Shown piece after piece: positions 25,239-32,000 of a stretch of 32,000 bases of DNA. The DNA comes from Trichlorobacter lovleyi SZ (GTDB lineage Bacteria > Desulfobacterota > Desulfuromonadia > Geobacterales > Pseudopelobacteraceae). The stretch is taken from NCBI RefSeq assembly GCF_000020385.1, contig NC_010814.1:2760001-2792000 (forward strand), in the 5' to 3' direction. The notes below the pieces were generated by a model. That model saw only the letters and a program-made list of their open reading frames with translations, made no database searches and was not told where the DNA came from. Numbering within the stretch: position 1 is the first letter of the stretch; each line of letters opens with the position of its first letter. A program made the position numbers and the translations under genes.

Positions 25239-25628
25239 ATGGATAAGGCAGCAGTGCTTGACCAGGACTACCTGAGGGTGAATTACCACCAGGCCGGCTT
25301 CAGCTATCTGCTACCGGAAATCCTCGCTTTGTTCCGCAGACAGGCCGCCATCTACCTGCAATCAATTGAGCAGCATCTCATGCAGGCTAATCTGCATGAA
25401 CTGGCACTGGAGGCCCACACCCTGAAAGGGGCGGCCGGCTCAGTCGGTGCCGCTGCCCTGGCGCAGATCGCCCAGCATCTGGAAGAGACTGTTCCTGATA
25501 GCGACATCGCCGCGGTTACGCTGCTGGTAGATTCCTTGCGCGAGATAACAGACCGGACCGACGCTGCAATCACGGCGGAGCTGGCACGTCTGGCCGCTGA
25601 AACGGATGACACCCTGGATCATATCTGA
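25239..25628 (+). CDS. Hpt (histidine phosphotransfer) domain protein
   Basis: LALEAHTLKGAAGSVGAAALAQIAQHLE is the canonical Hpt H.LKG...G motif. GGAG lies 7 nt upstream. Confidence 0.8.
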   Translation: MDKAAVLDQDYLRVNYHQAGFSYLLPEILALFRRQAAIYLQSIEQHLMQANLHELALEAHTLKGAAGSVGAAALAQIAQHLEETVPDSDIAAVTLLVDSLREITDRTDAAITAELARLAAETDDTLDHI

Positions 25629-25650
25629 GACAGTCCTGTTGCAAAAAACA

Positions 25651-25695
25651 GCAAGGGCCACCTGCTACACCGGGTGGCCCTTGCTGTCTTTAATT
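25651..25695. terminator. Bidirectional intrinsic terminator between convergent genes
   Basis: GCAAGGGCCACC (25651-25662), a 10-nt loop, GGTGGCCCTTGC (25673-25684), followed by TGTCTTTAATTT and preceded by AAAAAACA. Confidence 0.75.
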
Positions 25696-25712
25696 TACAA
25701 AGCCTGCTGCCC

Positions 25713-26924
25713 CTATTTCTTCAGTCCGGCTTCGACAGCAAGCCGCTCCCAGGCCGGCAGACTACGCTCAATCATCCCTCTGTCCACGCAGTAGGCGATC
25801 CTGAAATAGCCCGGTGCGCCAAAACCTGATCCGGGCACCAGCAGGATATGATGTTTCTGAGCCAGCTTGACGAACTCCACATCATCGGCAAACGGTGATT
25901 TCGGGAACAGATAGAAGGCACCATCCGGCTTGACCATGCTGAATCCCAGCCCGGTCAGGGTCGTGTAGAACAGGTCACGTTTGTCCTGATAGAGGCTGCT
26001 ATCCACTGAGACATCCTGCAGATCCGCCACCAGGCGCTGCATCAGGGCCGGGGCATTCACAAATCCCAGGGTACGGTTGCAAAAGACCGCCCCTTCCATA
26101 AACTGCATGGCCGTTGCCATGCGTGGATTGGCAGCCAGATAGCCGATCCGTTCACCGGGCAGCGCCAGATCCTTGCTATGCGACGTTACCACGACACTGG
26201 ATTCGATCAGCGGAAAGATATTGGGAACCTTTGCCCCGTCATAGGAGAGCCGTGCGTACGGTTCGTCCGAGATGACATAGACCTGGTGGCCGGTACGGGC
26301 CTGAGCCCGCTTCACCAGCTCGCCGAGGGCTGCAAGCTCTTCGGCGGTATAGATTACCCCGGTGGGATTATTGGGTGAATTGACAATGATGGCACGGGTC
26401 TTGGTGGTGATGGCCGCCTCAATGGCAGCCAGATCGAGGCGAAAGGTCTCCCGGTTGGTCCAGACCTCCACCGGAACACCGCCGTGGTTGTCGATGTAAA
26501 ACTTGTACTCGACAAAATAGGGGGCCAGAATAATGACCTCTTCGCCGGGGTTCAGAATGGTCTTCAGCACCACGTTCAGGGCGCCACCGGCACCGCAGGT
26601 CATGATGACATGTGCAGCCGTCACCTCCAGGCCCGAGTCGGCAGCCAGCTTGCGGGCCACGGCCGCCCGGGTCTCCGGGTAACCGGCATTGTTCATGTAG
26701 CGGTGCATACCGGGCAGCGGATGCTGCGCCAGTTGCAAAAGGGCCGTATGTAAGGCCTGCGGCGGCTCCACGTCCGGGTTGCCCAGGGTAAAATCATAGA
26801 CATTATCTGCACCGAACTCCTGGCGCAGCCGTTCCCCTTCTTCAAACATCTTGCGGATCCAGGACGACCGGGAAATATATCCGGCAATCTTGTTTGCTAT
26901 GGCCATAGTGGTCAACTCTCCCAT
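25713..26924 (-). CDS. PLP-dependent aminotransferase, class I/II (Asp/Ala aminotransferase-like)
   Basis: ...YDFTLGNPDVEPP...NNAGYPETR...NSPNNPTG...SHSKDLALPGERIGY (PLP lysine)...FRIAY. The start may be ATG 26906 (MAIANKIAGY, GGGAGAG upstream) rather than 26924. Confidence 0.88.
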   Translation of the reverse strand: MGELTTMAIANKIAGYISRSSWIRKMFEEGERLRQEFGADNVYDFTLGNPDVEPPQALHTALLQLAQHPLPGMHRYMNNAGYPETRAAVARKLAADSGLEVTAAHVIMTCGAGGALNVVLKTILNPGEEVIILAPYFVEYKFYIDNHGGVPVEVWTNRETFRLDLAAIEAAITTKTRAIIVNSPNNPTGVIYTAEELAALGELVKRAQARTGHQVYVISDEPYARLSYDGAKVPNIFPLIESSVVVTSHSKDLALPGERIGYLAANPRMATAMQFMEGAVFCNRTLGFVNAPALMQRLVADLQDVSVDSSLYQDKRDLFYTTLTGLGFSMVKPDGAFYLFPKSPFADDVEFVKLAQKHHILLVPGSGFGAPGYFRIAYCVDRGMIERSLPAWERLAVEAGLKK

Positions 26925-26936
26925 CAGATACCCAGG

Positions 26937-27566
26937 TTATTTTTTCAACTGCTCCAGAATAGCAGGCAGAGCCCGCTTGAAGGCAGAGGCAAAGGCCTTC
27001 TGCAGAACCTCCTGATGTAACTTTTCACGATCCCTGACCGCAAAATCGGAGAAACGGGACTCAAAGCTGAGGGTATTGGTCTTGGCCCCCTTCACCCAGA
27101 TTTCAACCGAAAAACTGACCCGGCAGTCCGCCTCCACCTTGATCAGGGAGCGGGTCTCATCCAGATGCAGCGTGCTGGCTGCCAGTACCAGTCCATAGCC
27201 GGCATCCTTCGGCACAGAACCGGCGACCTGCACGGCATAACCGGCCCGCAGCAACTCCTGTTGCAGTGCATTGCGAACCAGTGCGCTGGGGGCAGTCGGG
27301 CTGGTGACGTTTCCCTGCACCTTGCCGTCGGTATCCTTGACCTCGCCCAGAATCCACTGAATCCGCTCCCCCACACCGGGCACGGTTCCTTCCAGTGACG
27401 AGGCCAGCACCAGTGTCCCGCCGGGCCCCCTGACATCACCTACCGGCTGGTAGTCGGGTTTCAGCTGGAGATCAGCAGTGGCGCAACCGCCGAGCAGCAG
27501 AGCAGCGGAGAGCAGGATGAGCAGGATGAGCAGGTTGAACCGGTACCATACAGGCGCAAGGAACAT
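26937..27566 (-). CDS. Lipoprotein of unknown function
   Basis: MFLAPVWYRFNLLILLILLSAALLLGGCATADL has a signal peptide with lipobox LLGGC. GGAGG lies 7 nt upstream of ATG 27566. Confidence 0.7.
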   Translation of the reverse strand: MFLAPVWYRFNLLILLILLSAALLLGGCATADLQLKPDYQPVGDVRGPGGTLVLASSLEGTVPGVGERIQWILGEVKDTDGKVQGNVTSPTAPSALVRNALQQELLRAGYAVQVAGSVPKDAGYGLVLAASTLHLDETRSLIKVEADCRVSFSVEIWVKGAKTNTLSFESRFSDFAVRDREKLHQEVLQKAFASAFKRALPAILEQLKK

Positions 27567-27651
27567 GATTGGTCCTCCATCACTATCTAGCGTTACGATC
27601 AGGGGGGACAATATACCGGGAATGGCACCAAACGCAAGGGGCAGCTACGGA

Positions 27652-27963
27652 TTAATCGCCTTCTGCAACCGCATTGTCACGGCCGGAGACCGCCAGTGCC
27701 GCCTGTTTCACCAGTGCCTCCGCCACTTTACGACGGGCCTCGGAAAGCAGGCGCTGCACGGTGCCGCGTGAGACCCCCATGCAGTCTCCTGCCTCGGCCT
27801 GGGTCATGCCCTGGCCGTCACACAGGTGAAGGGTCTCCAGTTCGTCGCGAAAAAGCGTAATGCATTCAAGCTGACCCAGCGGAGTACCGGCCGGCTTGTA
27901 GACCGCCTCAAAATTGGCGCGATGCGGACAGCTGCATTGTCTCGGCTTACGGGGGCGGGCCAT
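27652..27963 (-). CDS. DUF134 (UPF0251) family predicted DNA-binding protein
   Basis: MARPRKPRQCSCPHRANFEAVYKPAGTP...LDELETLHLCD-like block LFRDELETLHLCDGQGMTQAEAGDCMGVSRGTVQRLL (sigma-70 region-4-like HTH). Confidence 0.8.
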   Translation of the reverse strand: MARPRKPRQCSCPHRANFEAVYKPAGTPLGQLECITLFRDELETLHLCDGQGMTQAEAGDCMGVSRGTVQRLLSEARRKVAEALVKQAALAVSGRDNAVAEGD

Positions 27964-27966
27964 CGC

Positions 27967-28944
27967 TTACACTCCTGCCGGTTTGCCAAAAAAACGATCA
28001 GTCAGTTTGACATACCAGGCTGCCGACTGCACCTGAATAATATAGGCGAGGGCGATCACAAGGGCAGCGTCGGAGCAGGTCTTGCCGAAGACGTTGATCG
28101 CCAGGGCAAGGGCGATTGAAAGGTTGCGCATGACCGTGCCATAGACCAGTGCAATGGCATCGCCCCGCGGCAAAAACAGTTTACCAACCAGGGTGCTGAG
28201 CAGATAATTGATGCCGTAGAGTACCAGCAACGGCACCAGGATGCTTACCAGCATATCGGGCCGGCAGGCGATATCCTGAGACTTCAGGGCGATCGCAATA
28301 AAGACGATCCCCAGCACCCCCAAGGTGGAAAGTGCGGGAAAGCGCGGCGCCCACTGTTCCTGAAACCCTTTGGGGCCGTACCTTTTAATCAGAACGGTCT
28401 GGGTCAGATAACCGGCCAGCATCGGCAGAAATACGATAATCACAATCTGCCGGAATGTTGCGCCGACCTCCACCGGGACATGCGCCCCCATCAGCCACTG
28501 CACATAGAAAGGGGTCGCCAGGGAGCCCAGTATCAGACCAACCACCGTCATCTTGACCGCTGCTTCAAGATTTCCCTTGGCAAAACCGGTCCAGGAGATG
28601 GTCATGCCGCTGGTGGGCAGCAAGGCCGCCAGCAGCAGCCCCAGGGCGGCAAACGGCTGTTCAGGAAAGAACAGCCGTCCCAGGCCATAGGCGATGAACG
28701 GCACAATGCCGAAGTTGATCAGCTGCGTCAGCAGCTGAGCCTTGCCGTCGCCCCCCTCGATCACCTTCTTGAGTTTAAGGGTCACCATCATCGGATAGAC
28801 CATCAGAAAGGTGAACGGTATGATCAGCACCTTCAGCCAGGCAGCTCCGGCCGGATTAAGATAGCCATACAGAAATCCGGCGATCATCATGACCGGAATG
28901 GCCGTAATCAGATTTTTCGAGATTGTCGCTAACAGCTTCCACAT
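27967..28944 (-). CDS. Bile acid:Na+ symporter / ACR3-type (BART superfamily) permease
   Basis: About 10 TM helices. FTFLMVYPMMVTLKLKKV and LPTSGMTISWTGFAKGNLEAAV resemble the ACR3/BASS signature regions. ATG 28944 is preferred over the GTG at 28956. Confidence 0.7.
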   Translation of the reverse strand: MWKLLATISKNLITAIPVMMIAGFLYGYLNPAGAAWLKVLIIPFTFLMVYPMMVTLKLKKVIEGGDGKAQLLTQLINFGIVPFIAYGLGRLFFPEQPFAALGLLLAALLPTSGMTISWTGFAKGNLEAAVKMTVVGLILGSLATPFYVQWLMGAHVPVEVGATFRQIVIIVFLPMLAGYLTQTVLIKRYGPKGFQEQWAPRFPALSTLGVLGIVFIAIALKSQDIACRPDMLVSILVPLLVLYGINYLLSTLVGKLFLPRGDAIALVYGTVMRNLSIALALAINVFGKTCSDAALVIALAYIIQVQSAAWYVKLTDRFFGKPAGV

Positions 28945-28976
28945 AGAGTAACCCACATTCCTTCATGCTTTTGTTG

Positions 28977-29390
28977 TTAAAGAGATGCCTGAATTGCCTG
29001 CTCAATCTCGTCATAGGTGCTGCCAACCGACGTTGCAAATTCGGCATCCTGCACCAGCTCCTCGATCAGTTGCCTGTTAAAACGCAGAAAACGCACCTGA
29101 GTCCGCCCCTCTGCACTGAACACGGTCACAAACTTGGGCATCAGGGCTGCCCGTTCCGGATTCTTCTGCAGGCTGCCGGCAGCCTTTTCCGGCTTGCAGA
29201 TCTGGATCATATGCAGATCAAACCCTTCACCGACCTGCACCCCGTGTGAACCAAAGGTATGGGCCATCTCCATCTTATCTTCGTTGTGGATCAAGAATCC
29301 GGACCGTAACCCGGCCTCTTTCAGATCAGCCACAAACTGCCAGACCGGTTTGGCTGATTCACCGCGGTACAACTGTGCCCAACTGTTCAT
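28977..29390 (-). CDS. DUF302 domain protein
   Basis: 137 aa with ...GFLIHNEDKMEMAHTFGSHGVQVGEGFDLHMIQICKPEKAA...MPKFVTVF, the DUF302 pattern. ATGA overlap with the upstream gene. Confidence 0.65.
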   Translation of the reverse strand: MNSWAQLYRGESAKPVWQFVADLKEAGLRSGFLIHNEDKMEMAHTFGSHGVQVGEGFDLHMIQICKPEKAAGSLQKNPERAALMPKFVTVFSAEGRTQVRFLRFNRQLIEELVQDAEFATSVGSTYDEIEQAIQASL

Positions 29391-29857
29391 GCCTGTCCTC
29401 CTTCAGCAGGTTGCGGGGCTCTGCCCGTCATGTCAACTTCAAAATCAATCGGTGGTGCCTCGCCGGTAAGTGTGCTGGTATACTGGGCAATAGCTGCATG
29501 CACTGCCGAGGCGATCAGATTGGAACAATGCTCCTTATCCTCAGGCAGTCCTCCCAGCGCAGCGGTCACCGTGGCATCAGTCACCAGCAACGCTTCATTC
29601 AGGCTTTTACCTTTAACCAGCTCAGTTCCCATTGAGGCGGTGGCGATGGCTGCACCACAGCCTTTGATCAGAAAACTGACCTTGGCCACACAGCCATCAT
29701 CGATCCGCATAAACAACAGCAGGGTATCGCCGCATTCCGGATCACCCACCTGCACCACGACGTTGGCGTCATCCATGCCCCCAACATTCCGGGGATTCCG
29801 GGCATGGTCCAGAACCGTCCCGGTATATTGGTTATAGCCGTCACTCAATGGCAGCAC
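29387..29857 (-). CDS. IscU/NifU N-terminal-like Fe-S cluster scaffold protein
   Basis: VLDHARNPRNVGGMDDANVVVQVGDPECGDTLLLFMRI...FLIKGCGAAIATASM...EHCSNLIASAVHAAI has the three conserved Cys of the IscU fold. Confidence 0.8.
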   Translation of the reverse strand: MLPLSDGYNQYTGTVLDHARNPRNVGGMDDANVVVQVGDPECGDTLLLFMRIDDGCVAKVSFLIKGCGAAIATASMGTELVKGKSLNEALLVTDATVTAALGGLPEDKEHCSNLIASAVHAAIAQYTSTLTGEAPPIDFEVDMTGRAPQPAEGGQA

Positions 29858-30234
29858 CCTCCCCCGTCCGTAGCATGGTTATGGCCGCCGCAAACGCTGC
29901 CCGGCGCAAACTCCTGCAGACCGTCGCCGTTGAGGGCAGCCAGGGTATCCCGTACTGACGTCCCTTGCGCCTGAAAGACCCTGAAACCGGCACGGTTAAG
30001 CGAAATCAGCGCCCCGCGGCCGATACCGCCGACCACAATGCCGTCCACCTCCAGACCAGCAACCGCCTTGGCAGGGTTGCAGGCACCGTGTTCATGCACC
30101 TTGTCGCTGTTATCCACCAGACGGGTCTGGCCGGTTACCGCATCAACAATCAAAAAACGGGGCGCAGAGCCGAAATGGCCATACACTTCACTATCCAGCC
30201 CTTGATCCAGAACAACCGGGAAACAAAGTTTCAT
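29845..30234 (-). CDS. NifX/NifB-C-terminal-like (dinitrogenase FeMo-cofactor-binding domain) protein
   Basis: MKLCFPV...VYGHFGSAPRFLIVD...GIVVGGIGRGALISLNRAGFRVFQA is the typical PF02579-type pattern. Confidence 0.75.
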   Translation of the reverse strand: MKLCFPVVLDQGLDSEVYGHFGSAPRFLIVDAVTGQTRLVDNSDKVHEHGACNPAKAVAGLEVDGIVVGGIGRGALISLNRAGFRVFQAQGTSVRDTLAALNGDGLQEFAPGSVCGGHNHATDGGGCCH

Positions 30235-30452
30235 AACGTACTCCTTCTGCAGTCAGTTATTTGCATATGCACACATTAAAGACAGCCAATCTTTTTATTG
30301 TCAAGCTTTTGTTCATATACACAAAACATAATTATGCTTGCCTTTATCAGGTATCTATAGTAAAGCCTTATTCCTTTCAGGCGGACCGACCGTCCGCTAC
30401 TCCTTGCTCCGGGCCAGAACCGGGGCTACCTAATCCATAAGGAGGATTACAC

Positions 30453-30821
30453 ATGAGGAAGTACGAAACCATCTTCATCCTCCAGCCGGACCTTGCAGAG
30501 GACGACGTCAAGTCGGTCACCGACAAGGTTCAGGACGTGGTTGCATCCCTGAAGGGTGACTTCCACCGGCTGGACGACTGGGGAACACGCAAACTGGCCT
30601 ATGCAATCCGGAAGTTCCCCCGCGGACGCTACTATTACCTGCGTTTTGACGGTGGAGCACAACTGGTGGCTGAACTGGAGCGTCGTCTCCGGCTTGACGA
30701 AAAAGTGTTGCGCTTCTTAAGCGTCAACATTACCGATGAGCCCGAGAAAAAGGTAGCTGAGCGCAAGCCGGTTATCGAAGCTGCTGAAGCCCCTGAAGCT
30801 GCTGAAGCTGCGGCTGAATAA
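30453..30821 (+). CDS. rpsF: 30S ribosomal protein S6
   Basis: [30 protein letters not shown]...[32 protein letters not shown]. Confidence 0.95.
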   Translation: MRKYETIFILQPDLAEDDVKSVTDKVQDVVASLKGDFHRLDDWGTRKLAYAIRKFPRGRYYYLRFDGGAQLVAELERRLRLDEKVLRFLSVNITDEPEKKVAERKPVIEAAEAPEAAEAAAE

Positions 30822-30841
30822 CGTTCCGGAGGATCACGCCA

Positions 30842-31174
30842 ATGAGCGAAGCAACAACGACGACAACAACCACTTCCGCCCCCCGTCCCGGCGGTCGCCC
30901 CAGCGGCCCCCGCCCTGATCGTGGCCCCGGCGGTCCCCGTAAGAAGCGTCCTTTTCAGCGCCGCAAGGTCTGCCGTTTCTGCGCAGAAAAAGACACCACC
31001 ATTGATTACAAAGACCCGCGTACCCTGCGCTACTTCATTACCGAGCGCGGCAAGATCGTACCCCGCCGTATCTCCGGCAACTGCTCCAAGCACCAGCGTG
31101 AGATTACCGAAGCGATCAAGCGGGCCCGCAATCTGGCCCTGCTGCCGCTTGCAGCCGGTCACGCACTTCCCTAG
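30842..31174 (+). CDS. rpsR: 30S ribosomal protein S18 with a Thr/Pro/Gly-rich N-terminal extension
   Basis: ...[63 protein letters not shown]. Confidence 0.92.
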   Translation: MSEATTTTTTTSAPRPGGRPSGPRPDRGPGGPRKKRPFQRRKVCRFCAEKDTTIDYKDPRTLRYFITERGKIVPRRISGNCSKHQREITEAIKRARNLALLPLAAGHALP

Positions 31175-31185
31175 TCCGGTACTTT

Positions 31186-32000
31186 GTGGAGAAGATTGAA
31201 TTGCAATCAAACGGCGGCCAGAAGCTGGCCGCCGTCTTGATCGGTACACTGGGCTCAGGCCTGCTTTTCAGTGCCAGCCTTGCGGTACCCCTGATAGGTT
31301 TTGTCTCGGCTTTTCTGGCCCCGGTTCCGCTGGGGCTTGCCCGTATCAAGGGCGGCAGTGCGGTTGCCGGTTTCAGCGCACTACTGACAACCCTGTTACT
31401 GGCGGTTCTGTTCTCTCCGCCGGTCGGGGCATGGTATGCAGTCCAATGCGGCCTGATCGGACTGATGGTGCCGGAGTTGGCCCTGAAAGGTCTCAGGCCG
31501 TCCCGGACCATACTCTGGACAACAGCCACCTGCGTCACCCTGACAGCGGTACTGGTGACGGTGTTTTCCTTCACCAGCGGTGTCAATCCGCAGCTCTTTG
31601 CACAAAAGGAAATTTCAGACGGCATCAACCAGGCGATCAAACTGTACGAGCAGCAATCCGGATTGTCAGCCCAGGACCTGGAAATGCTCAAGCAGGGGAT
31701 GCAGACCGTCGGACAGATCATGTCCCGCATCTACCCGGCCCTGGCCACCATCAACCTGGGATTGATCAGTGCGGTCACACTGCTGCTGTTCATGCGTACT
31801 GCAGCCAAGTATGCCCTGGCGATCAACCTGGCCCCCTTCAGGGAGTTCAGGACACCGGATCTACTGGTCTGGCTGTTGATCATTGCCGGGTTTGCCATGC
31901 TGGCACCCGTTGCGCTGATCAACACGCCGGCACTCAACATCCTGACGGTGCTGTCAGTGCTGTATTTCATGCAGGGCCTTGCTGTCCTGCTCACAATCTG
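31186..32000 (+). CDS. DUF2232 (YybS-like) polytopic membrane protein; partial, runs off the window end
   Basis: Own translation from GTG 31186: VEKIELQSNGGQKLAAVLIGTLGSGLLFSASLAVPLIGFVSAFLAPVPLGLARIKGG...YPALATINLGLISAVTLLLFMR... The frame is open to nt 32000. It occupies the position between rpsR and (expected) rplI. The start codon is uncertain (GTG 31186 or TTG 31201). Confidence 0.6.
   Translation, partial: MEKIELQSNGGQKLAAVLIGTLGSGLLFSASLAVPLIGFVSAFLAPVPLGLARIKGGSAVAGFSALLTTLLLAVLFSPPVGAWYAVQCGLIGLMVPELALKGLRPSRTILWTTATCVTLTAVLVTVFSFTSGVNPQLFAQKEISDGINQAIKLYEQQSGLSAQDLEMLKQGMQTVGQIMSRIYPALATINLGLISAVTLLLFMRTAAKYALAINLAPFREFRTPDLLVWLLIIAGFAMLAPVALINTPALNILTVLSVLYFMQGLAVLLTI

Noticed and set aside
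24195-25289. 364-aa minus-strand ORF
   Set aside because: It is antisense to aguA/aguB. Its composition is Gly/Pro/Arg-rich with no motifs.
31116-31994. Minus-strand ORFs 31116-31730 and 31731-31994
   Set aside because: They are antisense to an open + frame encoding a coherent polytopic membrane protein (DUF2232-like) in the expected position after rpsR.
1-32000. Searched by eye for CRISPR arrays, tRNA/rRNA genes, IS elements or transposases, and long direct repeats flanking the island
   Set aside because: None was found. The only repeat structures seen are the attC hairpins, the TATA palindromes at 6360-6434 and the short AAAACCGA octamers.

Overview
High-GC chromosomal sequence with gene content typical of an anaerobic Geobacter/Desulfuromonadales-like bacterium (taxonomy is inference only). 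Core genes include a P-type ATPase, an HpnN-like RND exporter, lptFG, a double-Cache histidine kinase, desulfoferrodoxin, ispE-prs-rplY-pth-ychF, aguAB and rpsF-rpsR. A visibly AT-richer accessory island at about 4.5-13.8 kb interrupts this backbone. I read the island as a complete chromosomal integron. It has an IntI-type tyrosine recombinase on the minus strand (4512-5873) and a good outward sigma70-like promoter. An attI-like simple site has its crossover at G6453|T6454. Five attC hairpins lie at 8133-8193, 9193-9270, 10519-10572, 12051-12122 and 13054-13110. The cassettes carry: (1) a PNP/UDP-family phosphorylase plus an Lnu-type nucleotidyltransferase; (2) a class A beta-lactamase; (3) an orphan ParA-like ATPase with its own terminator; (4) a DarT-like (DUF4433) ADP-ribosyltransferase plus a 234-aa protein with no macrodomain or NADAR signature that I can see; (5) a CPCC protein plus an inverted parDE pair. 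A CXXS thioredoxin-fold gene follows. Cassette 4 is the best candidate for an undescribed system: a DarT-like toxin with a new kind of partner. No tRNA, rRNA, CRISPR array or transposase was seen. Many long ORFs in the supplied track are antisense shadows of the real genes in this GC-rich DNA. All family assignments come from motif recognition by eye, not from searches.
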